This document shows, one piece after another, positions 30,710-40,727 of a stretch of DNA of 64,000 nt. Source of the stretch: Candidatus Bilamarchaeaceae archaeon (GTDB taxonomy: Archaea; Micrarchaeota; Micrarchaeia; Anstonellales; Bilamarchaeaceae); NCBI GenBank assembly GCA_038870635.1, contig JAVZJR010000003.1, positions 1 through 64,000 on the forward strand, written 5' to 3'. The translations under genes and the position numbers were made by a program. Below the pieces are notes generated by a model. It was not told the DNA's origin, ran no database searches, and worked only from the letters and a program-made list of their open reading frames with translations. Numbering within the stretch: the first letter of the stretch is position 1; each line of letters opens with the position of its first letter.

Positions 30710-32608
30710 TTGCACTACAAAGATATAGTCAAGAAAGTAGAAGAGCTTATGCCAAAAGAATGCGGTATAACAAAAATAGAACCAGAAGGACTTGCAATAG
30801 TTGTGTACATAAAAAATGTAGAGGCTTTTTACAACAATATAACCTTAATAAAAGACCTTGCAAATGCGATAAAAAAGAAGGTATTAGTGAGAACAGATCC
30901 AAAATATTTAATGCAGATAGAAAAAGCCAAAAACGAAATAGAAAAACTTATCCCACAAGAGGCAGGAGTAAAAAAAATAGTATTTGTACCAGAAATGTCA
31001 GAAGTGCACATAGAAGCTATAAAATCAGGTTTAGTCATAGGTAAAGGGGGAGCTCTACTAAAAGAAATAATGATAAAAACAGGTTGGGCGCCAGTGGTCG
31101 AGCGAGCCCCCACTATGCCTTCAGTAACACTCGATGGCGTAAGAAAAATAAGTAATGAAGGTGCAGAAGAAAGAAAAAAATTCCTTCTTGAACTTGGTAA
31201 AAAGATATGCCATCCATCACCAACAAGCGAATGGATAAGAGCGGTGTCTTTAGGTGGTTTCGGTGAGGTTGGCAGGTCTTGTCTTCTTATCCAAACACAA
31301 CACAGCAAAATACTCATAGATGTCGGTGTAAACGCAGCCACAAGCGACCCTGCAAAAGCCTATCCTTATCTTAATATGCTTGGTTTTTCTCTAAATGAAA
31401 TAGATGCAGTAGTTATAAGTCACGGACATATGGACCACATGGGTTTTCTTCCTTACCTTTATGCATACGGCTATGATGGCCCGGTTTATTGCACTGCCCC
31501 AACTAGAGACATAATGGTGTTATTGCAACAAGATTACATAAATCTATGCAAAGGGTCTTTTGGTATAGAACCACTTTATAGCAAAAAAGACATACAAAAA
31601 GAATTAAAGAAAACAATAGTTGTTGATTACGGAGAAGTAGTAGACATCACACCAGAAATAAAGATGACTTTATACAATGCAGGCCACATACTTGGAAGCG
31701 CAAGTATTCATCTCCATATAGGAGATGGATTATACAACTTAGTCTACACTGGGGATATAAAGTTCGGTTTTACGCGTCTTTTTGAACCAGCACAAGTTAG
31801 GTTTCCGAGATTGGAAGCACTTTTTATAGAGAGCACTTACGGTGGACGCAACGATACAACAATAAACAGACATGAGAGTGAGAATAAATTAATGGAAGTC
31901 ATAATGCAGACAGTTGAAAAAAGAGGAAAGGTACTCATACCTGTTTTTGCAGTTGGTAGAAGCCAAGAAATATTGTTAGTTTTAGAAGAATACAGCAGAA
32001 AACATCCAGAATTTAATATACCAATATATATCGATGGAATGGTATTAGAAGCTTCTGCAATACATACCGCTTATCCTGAATTTATGCGGGAGCAGGTTCA
32101 AAGAAGGATACTCTCGGATAGAAGTCCTTTTGAATGCCCTTTAATAAAAGTCGCAAAAGGACCAGATAGAGATAGTATTGCAAATAGTGAAGAAGGTGCG
32201 ATAATATTAGCGCCATCAGGTATGCTTGCTGGTGGCCCATCATTAGAATACTTAAAAATGATGTGTGATGATGAAAAAAACACCCTCATATTTGTTGGTT
32301 ATCAAAGCACACTTTCAATTGGATATAAAATTCAAAACGGTATGAAAGAAGTGCCTATAATAGGAGATGACGGAAGAACAAAACTACTCAATATAAATAT
32401 GAGAGTTGAAACCGTAGAAGGTTTTTCTGGACATAGTGATAGAACACAACTCATGGCTTATTTAAGAAATCTTAAACCGACTCCTGAAAAAATTATCACG
32501 ATGCATGGCGATTTAGGAAAAACCGAAGATCTTGCTCGTTCTGCTGCTATGATGCTAAGAAAAGATGGTCGAGCTCTAATGAATCTAGAAGCCATTAGAT
32601 TGAGATGA
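30710..32608 (+). CDS. fttA: aCPSF1/FttA KH-domain beta-CASP ribonuclease (termination factor)
   Basis: N-terminal KH (GLVIGKGG), EVGRSC, SHGHMDH, GFSGHSDR; follows psmB; TTG start after GAGGTG. Confidence 0.95.
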   Translation: MHYKDIVKKVEELMPKECGITKIEPEGLAIVVYIKNVEAFYNNITLIKDLANAIKKKVLVRTDPKYLMQIEKAKNEIEKLIPQEAGVKKIVFVPEMSEVHIEAIKSGLVIGKGGALLKEIMIKTGWAPVVERAPTMPSVTLDGVRKISNEGAEERKKFLLELGKKICHPSPTSEWIRAVSLGGFGEVGRSCLLIQTQHSKILIDVGVNAATSDPAKAYPYLNMLGFSLNEIDAVVISHGHMDHMGFLPYLYAYGYDGPVYCTAPTRDIMVLLQQDYINLCKGSFGIEPLYSKKDIQKELKKTIVVDYGEVVDITPEIKMTLYNAGHILGSASIHLHIGDGLYNLVYTGDIKFGFTRLFEPAQVRFPRLEALFIESTYGGRNDTTINRHESENKLMEVIMQTVEKRGKVLIPVFAVGRSQEILLVLEEYSRKHPEFNIPIYIDGMVLEASAIHTAYPEFMREQVQRRILSDRSPFECPLIKVAKGPDRDSIANSEEGAIILAPSGMLAGGPSLEYLKMMCDDEKNTLIFVGYQSTLSIGYKIQNGMKEVPIIGDDGRTKLLNINMRVETVEGFSGHSDRTQLMAYLRNLKPTPEKIITMHGDLGKTEDLARSAAMMLRKDGRALMNLEAIRLR

Positions 32609-32612
32609 TAAA

Positions 32613-32915
32613 ATGCTAAATGAATTTTTCAGAATAAAACCTTGCAAAATAATTCTTTTATTAAGAGAAGAAAAAGAAGGTGAAAAAAGAAAATATATAA
32701 GTGAACTGGCCAGACAAAGTGGCTCTACCTATGTACACGCCACCAATCTAATAAAAAAACTAGAAAGAGTAGGCTTAGTTAAAACTGAGAAAAAAGGAAG
32801 AGAAAAAATCGTTACGCTAACAGAGGAAGGGTTAAAAGTAGCGAATGCTATTTCAGATGCTGTAAGTAGGTTAAGCGCAATTACTCCACCATCTCAACAA
32901 CAAAATAAACATTAA
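32613..32915 (+). CDS. Winged-HTH transcriptional regulator
   Basis: YISELAR..GSTYVH..LERVGLV..KKGREK..LTEEG. Confidence 0.85.
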   Translation: MLNEFFRIKPCKIILLLREEKEGEKRKYISELARQSGSTYVHATNLIKKLERVGLVKTEKKGREKIVTLTEEGLKVANAISDAVSRLSAITPPSQQQNKH

Positions 32916-32919
32916 AAAG

Positions 32920-33384
32920 TTAGACCACTCTTAAGCGCGTCTTGTTTTTTTGATAGTTTAAAACTTTATCATAGCCGACATAGTGCGCATAAACAACATA
33001 ACCTATTTCGTATTCGCCCGGAGCTGTTTGTGACCCTCCCCAAATTGGTATAGAAGTAGAAATAGATTCACCTGGTTTTATTTCCCCTAATCTTTTTTCT
33101 ATAACTTTATTTATACATGATGGTTCAAAACCCATATAAGCAGCTTTTGGAAGCATAACATCTACCGAAACCAATTGAGGGTCAGGCGTTATGTTTTTTA
33201 TGTTGATGTTAAGACTGACAGAATTACTTTTTTTGGCAGCCATTCTCAAAGGTGTGAATGAAGTTGTTATAATAAAAGGCTTTGCTAAAATTTTTTTATT
33301 TTCTATATTTACCTCTGCAGCTTTTTCTTTCCCCTCTTCCTTTTTCGTACCGAGTAACCAATCTAAAATACCCATAATAGTCAC
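32920..33384 (-). CDS. Hypothetical protein, Ig/CARDB-like beta fold
   Basis: LNINIKN, LGEIKPGES, PGEYEI patterns; N-terminal MGILDWLLG amphipathic helix. Confidence 0.7.
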   Translation of the reverse strand: MTIMGILDWLLGTKKEEGKEKAAEVNIENKKILAKPFIITTSFTPLRMAAKKSNSVSLNINIKNITPDPQLVSVDVMLPKAAYMGFEPSCINKVIEKRLGEIKPGESISTSIPIWGGSQTAPGEYEIGYVVYAHYVGYDKVLNYQKNKTRLRVV

Positions 33385-33431
33385 GTATTAACCTATCTTC
33401 AAATTAAATAAAAATATATCGTTTTACGAAA

Positions 33432-34724
33432 TTAGTCTAAAAATGATAAAGCTTCTTTAAAAGAGGCCTTAGCGCGCCACACGTCGTTGTTTTCAAGGCG
33501 TTTTAAAGCATTTTTAAAATGTTCCATAAAAGAAGACAGATAGGGGTCAGCAGTTTTCTCTAATTGCTCCAACACATACCAAGGGTTTTTAGAACTAAGA
33601 AACACACTAAGAGAATCTAATTTTCTTAAACCACTTTCATAATCTACCTTAAATGTTTTTGCTATGTCCACGATATTAGTCTCAATGTTAGTGCCTTTTG
33701 CACAAAGATAGAACTCTTTCAGAAGCTCACGCAAAATAGGATAACCAATTTTCTGTTCTGCTGCTTCTTTTATGATGGCGATGTGCCCAAGAAACCATAA
33801 ATCTGTTCTCCAAGTACGCAATACAGAAAAAGCTTTTCTCTCTTCGGTAAGCAGTATTATATATTCTTCTACTAAAGATTTAAGGTAAAAGTCTCTTTTT
33901 GCACGAAGGGCACACTCTCGTAAATCATTCCAAGCCAAAAGTTTTCCTATGCCTTTATCCCTCCATTCTCCTAAACGATTTCTAAGGGCAGTAAGTTTAG
34001 CACACGCACCTGCTAAAAACATAGTTTTTTCTTTGCCGTTATGAGTGTTTGCGCTTTTTTGCAGAAACTCAATGGTCTTATTTAGATATTCCTTTGCTAA
34101 AAATTTCTCTGCACTTCTCCAACGAACTGCTACTTTTGAATAAGAAGAAAGTGCTTCAATAAAAAACATGACTTCTTCCTTCTTTACTTTTCCGCGCAAA
34201 ATTAACGCATTCATCTCAGAGTTCATTTTCTCTAATTCCTCAAGAATTTGATTTTTTGAGTCAATTTCTTTTTTGTAACTCTCACGAAGATGTTTGCACA
34301 ACCTCACGGCAGAAAATATATCAGTAGACACAAAAACATATTTTTTTGGTGCTTCCTTGCCTTTTTTCATTCTTCGTTCAATTTCTAAAAAACCGATATT
34401 ATTCATTAATTTGATATTTTCTCTCTTAAAACGAATGATAATTTTTTTAGGATATGGTTTTCCATTCTTAAGATTTCTTTCGTATATTTTTATGCCCAGA
34501 CTGGATAGCGGTTTTGTTTTTTTTATGTTGCCATTTTCATCTACTCCGTTTTCAGTAAGACCATTCTTAAGAAAATTTTCACGAAGAGGTTCAAAATTAA
34601 GAAAAAGTTGTTGAGCTTTAACTCGTTGCTTTGCAAGATTTTCAACAGTAGCAGCAACCTTTTTTTTGTCTATCCCCTCTATAACCATAACAATATTTAC
34701 TTTCAAACAATTTATTAATGCCAT
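33432..34724 (-). CDS. Hypothetical helical protein
   Basis: 430-aa ORF; start uncertain; no motif recognised. Confidence 0.7.
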   Translation of the reverse strand: MALINCLKVNIVMVIEGIDKKKVAATVENLAKQRVKAQQLFLNFEPLRENFLKNGLTENGVDENGNIKKTKPLSSLGIKIYERNLKNGKPYPKKIIIRFKRENIKLMNNIGFLEIERRMKKGKEAPKKYVFVSTDIFSAVRLCKHLRESYKKEIDSKNQILEELEKMNSEMNALILRGKVKKEEVMFFIEALSSYSKVAVRWRSAEKFLAKEYLNKTIEFLQKSANTHNGKEKTMFLAGACAKLTALRNRLGEWRDKGIGKLLAWNDLRECALRAKRDFYLKSLVEEYIILLTEERKAFSVLRTWRTDLWFLGHIAIIKEAAEQKIGYPILRELLKEFYLCAKGTNIETNIVDIAKTFKVDYESGLRKLDSLSVFLSSKNPWYVLEQLEKTADPYLSSFMEHFKNALKRLENNDVWRAKASFKEALSFLD

Positions 34725-34748
34725 GTTTAGCAGAATGCGATGAGGAAC

Positions 34749-34789
34749 CTTTATAAAAGTTTGTATAAATTACAAAACAGAAAGGTGAT
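34749..34789 (+). promoter_or_regulatory. TATA box and Shine-Dalgarno of the acidic micro-ORF
   Basis: CTTTATAAAA at 34749-34758 after a purine-rich BRE-like stretch; AGGTGAT at 34783-34789. Confidence 0.6.
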
Positions 34790-34793
34790 CCTA

Positions 34794-34886
34794 ATGAAAA
34801 TCTTTAGGGCAGATGAAGAAGAAGATTGGGAAGATGAAGAAGATGAAGAAGACTGGGAAGAAGAGGAAGAGGAAGAAGAGTTCTAA
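34794..34886 (+). CDS. 30-aa highly acidic micropeptide
   Basis: MKIFRADEEEDWEDEEDEEDWEEEEEEEEF*; TATA, strong RBS and downstream T-rich tract. Confidence 0.7.
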   Translation: MKIFRADEEEDWEDEEDEEDWEEEEEEEEF

Positions 34887-34980
34887 ATAACATAATTTTT
34901 ATTTATTTTTCCTTATTTTTCAACCCAGGTTTAGAAAGCTTACCGTTCTGTTTAAAAAATCTGTGTTAGTAAATATAATT

Positions 34981-35601
34981 ATGAGTTTTATACTAAAAAG
35001 AAAGGGAAAAAATAAAGACCGCACAGAAGATGTATTTTCTAAAAAAGAAGTTATCGACGAAAAGTTAAGAAAAATTCAGATAACTTATCTTACAGAAAAA
35101 TTCGCAATGTATAGGAATAATATAGAATCTGCTAAAATGGATTTAGAAGAATACGAAAAACTAAAAGACAATTCTCTTAAAGACTTAACGCAACAACTAA
35201 AGGATGCGATAAAAGAATGGGAAAAAAGATTAAATGAAACAAAAGAAAAATTAGCTTCGATAGTTGAAAGTGAAAGTGAAATAGATAAGATAATTGAAAA
35301 AACAAAACAAAAAATAAAAACGCGCAATTTTATAGAAAACGCTAAAAAAATAATAAAAGCAAGCGTGTTCACGTTCATAACAACACTCGTGATTGTAAAT
35401 CTTATAGGAGTTCCCATTAATGAAGCTATAAAAAATCCTATGTTATTTTATCCAACTTTTATTGTGGCATCTTTGTTAAGTGCGTTCTATATAATAAGTC
35501 CAAAAAGAAAAGAATTTTTGCAAGCGATAAATGAAAAAGTCAAAAAAGATGAATTAGACATAAAAGAAAGAGTGCAAAAAAATGCCGCGGGTCGGATTTG
35601 A
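34981..35601 (+). CDS. Coiled-coil protein with two C-terminal TM helices
   Basis: K/E-rich heptads then two hydrophobic segments; 3' end overlaps tRNA-Phe. Confidence 0.7.
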   Translation: MSFILKRKGKNKDRTEDVFSKKEVIDEKLRKIQITYLTEKFAMYRNNIESAKMDLEEYEKLKDNSLKDLTQQLKDAIKEWEKRLNETKEKLASIVESESEIDKIIEKTKQKIKTRNFIENAKKIIKASVFTFITTLVIVNLIGVPINEAIKNPMLFYPTFIVASLLSAFYIISPKRKEFLQAINEKVKKDELDIKERVQKNAAGRI

Positions 35602-35669
35602 ACCAACGACCCTTCGGTATCTGCGGAAATCGCTTCAGCCGAATGCTCTCCCAACTGAGCTACCGCGGC
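35583..35669 (-). tRNA. tRNA-Phe(GAA) with 14-nt intron at 37/38
   Basis: GCCGCGGTAGCTCAGTTGGGAGAGCATTCGGCTGAAG[cgatttccgcagat]ACCGAAGGGTCGTTGGTTCAAATCCGACCCGCGGCA. Confidence 0.92.
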
Positions 35670-35757
35670 ATTAAAATGTGTGTATAATCTTTTAAACGAA
35701 AAGTTTAAAATTGTTTGAAAATGCAAGATTTTTTATTAATATCACAAGCATAAATAT

Positions 35758-36000
35758 AATGGTGAGGGGAGAACAGCTTACCGGTTTTCACCGGAGGAAG
35801 TTCTGTCCACGGGAGGCTGATGCTCTTAAGGAGCGGAAAATGTAATAGAAACGATACCCTACGGGGATGAAACGGACATTTTCCAGCCTTTGACCGTGCA
35901 AGGCCATTTGGCCGCTTTTCAGGCTAAAACCTGAAACCCGATAGATTCGGTGTAGTATAATGCTGTTTAAAACAGAAGACAGGCTACTTCCCTCACCATT
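35758..36000 (+). ncRNA. rnpB: Archaeal RNase P RNA (compact)
   Basis: P1 AATGGTGAGGGGAG/CTTCCCTCACCATT; CR-I GAGGAAGTTCTGTCCAC pairs with CR-V AACAGAAGACAG; AGAAAC and TGAAAC motifs. Confidence 0.92.
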
Positions 36001-36036
36001 TTTAAGCTAACTGACATAAATGTTTTTGGTGGGATT

Positions 36037-36798
36037 ATGAAAATAAAGAATTACATTGACGGAGAATTGTCAAAAAAAGGAGCTTTGTTCTTCGCACTTA
36101 TAGATCCATTAGATTACAAAAGCTCAGAAGACGCAATTAAAACTGCAGTGGTTGCAGATGAAGCGGGAAGCGATGTTATACTTATAGGAGGAAGCACAGG
36201 AGTGCAAGGACAGGTTTTAGATGATGTCACAAAAGCGATAAAGCAAGCGGTATCAAAACCTGTTGTTTTATTTCCAGGCAACATAGGAACAGTTACTAAA
36301 TACGCGGATGCAGTATATTTTATGTCAATGTTGAATTCTCGCAATAGTTATTGGATAAGCGAAGCACAAATGCTTGCGGCGCCCATTGTAAAAAAATATG
36401 GTATTGAGCCTCTTTCTGTTGCTTACACTGTAGTTGAACCGGGTGGCACAGTTGGGTGGGTTGGAGATGCCCGCCTAGTACCAAGAAATAAACCACAATT
36501 AGCTGCCGCATACGGTCTTGCAGCACAGTACATGGGATTTGATTTTTTTATAACTGACGCCGGCAGCAATCCTCACAACGGCCACATTCCTTTAGAAATG
36601 ATAAAAGCGGTGTCGACTACAATAGACATAAATTATATTGTAGCTGGTGGAATAAGAAAACCAGAAGAAGCAAAAGAAATAGCAAAAGCAGGTGCAGACA
36701 TAATCCAAGTAGGGACATTTTTAGAAAAAGAAGGTAAAAAAGAAAGAATAGTAGAAATGATAAAAGCGCTTAGAGAAGGCGCAAAAGCAAGAGTTTAG
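36037..36798 (+). CDS. Geranylgeranylglyceryl phosphate synthase
   Basis: LIDP, IGGSTG, LFPG, SMLNSRN, AAQYMG, DAGS, GGIR. Confidence 0.92.
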   Translation: MKIKNYIDGELSKKGALFFALIDPLDYKSSEDAIKTAVVADEAGSDVILIGGSTGVQGQVLDDVTKAIKQAVSKPVVLFPGNIGTVTKYADAVYFMSMLNSRNSYWISEAQMLAAPIVKKYGIEPLSVAYTVVEPGGTVGWVGDARLVPRNKPQLAAAYGLAAQYMGFDFFITDAGSNPHNGHIPLEMIKAVSTTIDINYIVAGGIRKPEEAKEIAKAGADIIQVGTFLEKEGKKERIVEMIKALREGAKARV

Positions 36799-37148
36799 TC
36801 AAATACTTTTTTTGCAATCTTTTCAAGAATAGATTTGCTTTCTTCTTCTGTAATTCGCTTTCCGAGATAGTATGCTTTTTTTGCCCACTCATCTTTTTCA
36901 ATAGTATGTTTAAAAGTATCCGGATCATTTTTCTTTAATTCTTCTAATTTATTGTAAACATAAACAGCGGCGTGTTCAATAGATTTATTTAAAATCTTCA
37001 TATGAAAATAGTACTTTATATAGTCTTTGATTGTTTTTGCTTCTCCCCATTTCTTTGCCGCTTCTAAAAAAGATTCAAAATATTTTTTGAATGAATTTTG
37101 ACCAACATTCGCGATTATCTTAATTTCCACATCTGATTTAAATTCCAT
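36795..37148 (-). CDS. Hypothetical protein
   Basis: 117-aa ORF filling the intergenic space. Confidence 0.6.
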   Translation of the reverse strand: MEFKSDVEIKIIANVGQNSFKKYFESFLEAAKKWGEAKTIKDYIKYYFHMKILNKSIEHAAVYVYNKLEELKKNDPDTFKHTIEKDEWAKKAYYLGKRITEEESKSILEKIAKKVFD

Positions 37149-37299
37149 GAATTTTTTTTAATTAGAACATAATAAAATACTAACGTCTAACTAAGAATTG
37201 GATAAACTTTAAAATATTTTTGTATAATATTAGCACATACTTTTTCTGTTCTAAAATATTAGAAAGAAGAAAAAGAGCAAAATTTTTAGAGGTGGTAAT

Positions 37300-38952
37300 A
37301 TGGCAAAACAGGTTAGTGGAGAGCCGATGTATGTGCTCCCAGAAGGGGCGCAGAGGATCATTGGAAGAGACGCGATGAGAATCAACATAGCAATAGGTTA
37401 TGCGGTAGCAAACATAGTAAAGACAACGCTTGGCCCAAAAGGAATGGACAAGATGTTGGTAAGCGACTTAGGTGACATTGTAATAACAAACGACGGCGCC
37501 ACTATATTAGAAGAGATGAATGTTGACCACCCCGCAGCAAAGCTTATGGTAGAAATTGCAAAAACGCAAGATAAAGAAGTTGGGGACGGCACCACAACCA
37601 GTGTTGTCATAGGAGGAAACCTATTAAAGAATGCAGGCACATTACTTGATCAAGGTATTCACCCAACAACAATAATAAAAGGCTATGAAATGGCAGAGCG
37701 CGAGGTTGCAAATCTACTGAACAAGATAAGTAAAACAGTGACGCCAAATGATAGCGAACTTTTAGAAAAAATAGCATTAGTGTCTATGGGGTCAAAAGGC
37801 ATAGGAAGCGAAGAGGAAAAGAAAAAATTAGCGAAGCTTATAGTAGAAGCGATAAAACAAATAGCAACTGAAAAAAATGGAAAATATGTTATAGACACTG
37901 AATTAGTTAAGATAGAGAAAAAAGCAGGTGGCGAAGTCCTTGACACCGAACTTATAAAAGGCGTGGTTGTTGACAAAGAAGTAGTACATGCAGGTATGCC
38001 TAAACTAGTAAAAAACGCAAAGATTGCGCTTATTGATGCGGCGCTTGAGATAGAAAAAACAGAAACCGATGCAAAAATAGAGATAACCTCTCCAGAACAA
38101 ATGGAAGCATTCTTAAAACAAGAAGAGAAAATGCTTAAAGATATGGTAGAAAAGATAAAAGCAAGTGGAGCGAATGTTGTTTTCTGCCAAAAAGGAATCG
38201 ATGACTTAGCACAGCATTACTTGGCAAAGGAGAAGATAATGGCTGTGAGAAGAGTCAAGAAAAGCGATATGGAAAAGTTGGCAAGAGCAACTGGCGCAAA
38301 AATAGCATCCAGCATAGAGGACTTAAATGCAGATGACCTTGGAGAAGCTGGCTTAATAGAAGAGAAAAAAATAGGCGGGGAGGCAATGGTTTTTGTACAA
38401 AACTGCAAAGACCCAAAATCCGTCAGCATATTCGTTCGAGGTGGCACCGACCACGTAGTAAGCGAAGTTGAAAGAGCATTAAAGGACTCGCTTGGTGCAG
38501 TTTCATCTGCAATAGAATACGGTAAGTATACTTTTGGTGGCGGCAGCGCAGAAATGGCGCTCAGTGCTGCATTACAAGAGTATGCGGTTAAAATAGGTGG
38601 AAGAGAGCAATTGGCGATACAGGCTTTTGCAGAAGCATTAGAATCAATACCAAAAGCGCTTGCAGAAAATGCAGGGATGGATGCGATTGACACAATCGTT
38701 GTATTAAGAAATAAACACAAAGAAGGAAAAACAACTTATGGTATTGATGTTATCGGTGGCAAAGTGGATGACGTTGAAAAATTAGGAATTCTTGAACCTA
38801 CGAAAGTAAAAAAGCAAGCAATAAGCTCGGCTACTGAAACTGCAAGATTAATTCTTAGAATAGACGACATAATAAGTTCAAAAGGTAAGAGCAGCTCCAC
38901 AAGTGGAGCAAACCAATCTGGAGGCGGAAGCCCAGGAATGGATATGGAATAA
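37300..38952 (+). CDS. ths: Thermosome (group II chaperonin) subunit
   Basis: [32 protein letters not shown]. Confidence 0.97.
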   Translation: MAKQVSGEPMYVLPEGAQRIIGRDAMRINIAIGYAVANIVKTTLGPKGMDKMLVSDLGDIVITNDGATILEEMNVDHPAAKLMVEIAKTQDKEVGDGTTTSVVIGGNLLKNAGTLLDQGIHPTTIIKGYEMAEREVANLLNKISKTVTPNDSELLEKIALVSMGSKGIGSEEEKKKLAKLIVEAIKQIATEKNGKYVIDTELVKIEKKAGGEVLDTELIKGVVVDKEVVHAGMPKLVKNAKIALIDAALEIEKTETDAKIEITSPEQMEAFLKQEEKMLKDMVEKIKASGANVVFCQKGIDDLAQHYLAKEKIMAVRRVKKSDMEKLARATGAKIASSIEDLNADDLGEAGLIEEKKIGGEAMVFVQNCKDPKSVSIFVRGGTDHVVSEVERALKDSLGAVSSAIEYGKYTFGGGSAEMALSAALQEYAVKIGGREQLAIQAFAEALESIPKALAENAGMDAIDTIVVLRNKHKEGKTTYGIDVIGGKVDDVEKLGILEPTKVKKQAISSATETARLILRIDDIISSKGKSSSTSGANQSGGGSPGMDME

Positions 38953-39003
38953 TTTTTTCCTTTTTTACTATTTTTTAAATGTTTTTATCCATAATTACAT
39001 AGT

Positions 39004-40707
39004 ATGGCAAGGCAGACTGAGCTAAAAAGCAACGAAATCCTCCAACAAGTGCCCCAAAAAAATATTACGGCAAGAATTTTAGACACACATAAAAAACATA
39101 ATCAAATGATAAAAAAAATAGAACAAAGGCTCGACTATTTAAAAGAAAAATATGGTATAAAAGAAGAATTGGGATTATACTTATTGGGTTTTTTAGCAGG
39201 CGCAATGGATGGTAAAAACTATCTAAAAATTGTGCCTTTAATCTTTTCAAATGGAAAAGCAATGCAAGTCTCTGAAATTTTAAAAGATAAAAACATAGTA
39301 TTTGCCATAGATGACTTAAAAAAATTAGTAAAAAACAAAGAAGAGATTTACAATTTTTACAATGAACTAGAAAAACTAGATTCAAAAGATTTAAGCAAAG
39401 AAAAATTGTGGGAGGCGTATATAAAATCATACGAAAGGAAGTATATACTAGAATATGTTAGTGGATTATGGGAAAAAAGTTACACAGAAGGAAAGTACGA
39501 AATCATTCCAGAAGAAAAGAAAAAAATACCTGAATTAAGAGAAGAACTTATAGAATTGCCGCCAACAACAACTGACCTCTATATTTATGGCTCTAGACCG
39601 ATATATTTTGACAGTCAGACGGGTATAAGCGGGACAAAAGAACAGATTAAATTAGTTCGAGAAGCAGAAATTAAAAAAGAGATAGTGGGCAATGACGAAA
39701 TGCTTCTCTATCTTCTTCCGTTGATAGGAACGGGTTATGCTCTTGTAAAAGATTTAAGAATAATAAAAGAAGGAAGCGAACAAGAGCTAATTAAAATAGG
39801 TAAATTAAGAATCTCAGAAAAAGATATAGGCAAAGGAATGCTTGTGCTTGACCTGTTGTTTGGATGGTGGGACGCAAGTTTCGTTATCCATTTAGGAGCA
39901 AAAAGCGCTGTTAAAACAGCAGCACGGGAAATTGAAAATGTAACAAAAAGTGGGAGGGCGATTGCGGTAAGTGAAATAAACAAAAAAGTCTTATTAAAAG
40001 CAGCAGAAGAATTGGACAATAACGAAATGAAAAAGTTCATAGAGATATTAGGACGAAACCCAAAGTTAGGAGAGGAAATAGTAGCTAAAGCAGGAGGTGT
40101 AAACAACATAACAAAGGAAATACTTAAGGAATATATCAACAAAGAAAAAACAAAAATTAGCACAGTAAAAGAAACAGCACTTTTACTTTCTGAAAGAAAA
40201 TTTAGAGAGTATGCACCTCTCGTCCTTTTCAAGGAAATGGCAGAAAGAACAGAATTAGAATCATTAAGATATCTTGGACAAATGGCAAAAGGTTTAGATG
40301 AAAGAGAAAGAAAAATTGTGCTTAAGGCAATATTCGCTACACTAACAACATTTGACAAAAACGCTCAGAAATCCCTTGCGAATTACGTAAAGAAAAATGG
40401 TTGGAAAGGAATAATAGAAAAAATAGAAATGAAAAAAGATGTCGTAAGGGCACTACAGGAATTGTTTCCAGAATATAAAGATGCTTATAAATATGCACCT
40501 TTGGAGGACATAGTAAAAACAGCGCGAGACCTAGGCGCATTGCACGCGGTATTTGTGTTTGTGCAGTTAATTGGCAGTTATATAAGCACAAAAGAAGAAG
40601 AAAAGCTAAACGAGATTGAATTTATGCAAGGATTAAAGGAACTATCGTATAAAGAAAAGAACAAGGGGTTATTAGATTTATTTATGAAAAGTTATGAAAA
40701 TAAATAA
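39004..40707 (+). CDS. Orphan membrane-associated helical protein (567 aa)
   Basis: Hydrophobic hairpin LLPLIGTGYAL...VLDLLFGWWDA and a C-terminal TM. Confidence 0.8.
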   Translation: MARQTELKSNEILQQVPQKNITARILDTHKKHNQMIKKIEQRLDYLKEKYGIKEELGLYLLGFLAGAMDGKNYLKIVPLIFSNGKAMQVSEILKDKNIVFAIDDLKKLVKNKEEIYNFYNELEKLDSKDLSKEKLWEAYIKSYERKYILEYVSGLWEKSYTEGKYEIIPEEKKKIPELREELIELPPTTTDLYIYGSRPIYFDSQTGISGTKEQIKLVREAEIKKEIVGNDEMLLYLLPLIGTGYALVKDLRIIKEGSEQELIKIGKLRISEKDIGKGMLVLDLLFGWWDASFVIHLGAKSAVKTAAREIENVTKSGRAIAVSEINKKVLLKAAEELDNNEMKKFIEILGRNPKLGEEIVAKAGGVNNITKEILKEYINKEKTKISTVKETALLLSERKFREYAPLVLFKEMAERTELESLRYLGQMAKGLDERERKIVLKAIFATLTTFDKNAQKSLANYVKKNGWKGIIEKIEMKKDVVRALQELFPEYKDAYKYAPLEDIVKTARDLGALHAVFVFVQLIGSYISTKEEEKLNEIEFMQGLKELSYKEKNKGLLDLFMKSYENK

Positions 40708-40727
40708 AAAATGTTTATAACAGAGAT

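Noticed and set aside
35487..35726. 79-aa minus-strand ORF
   Set aside because: Spans tRNA-Phe; spurious
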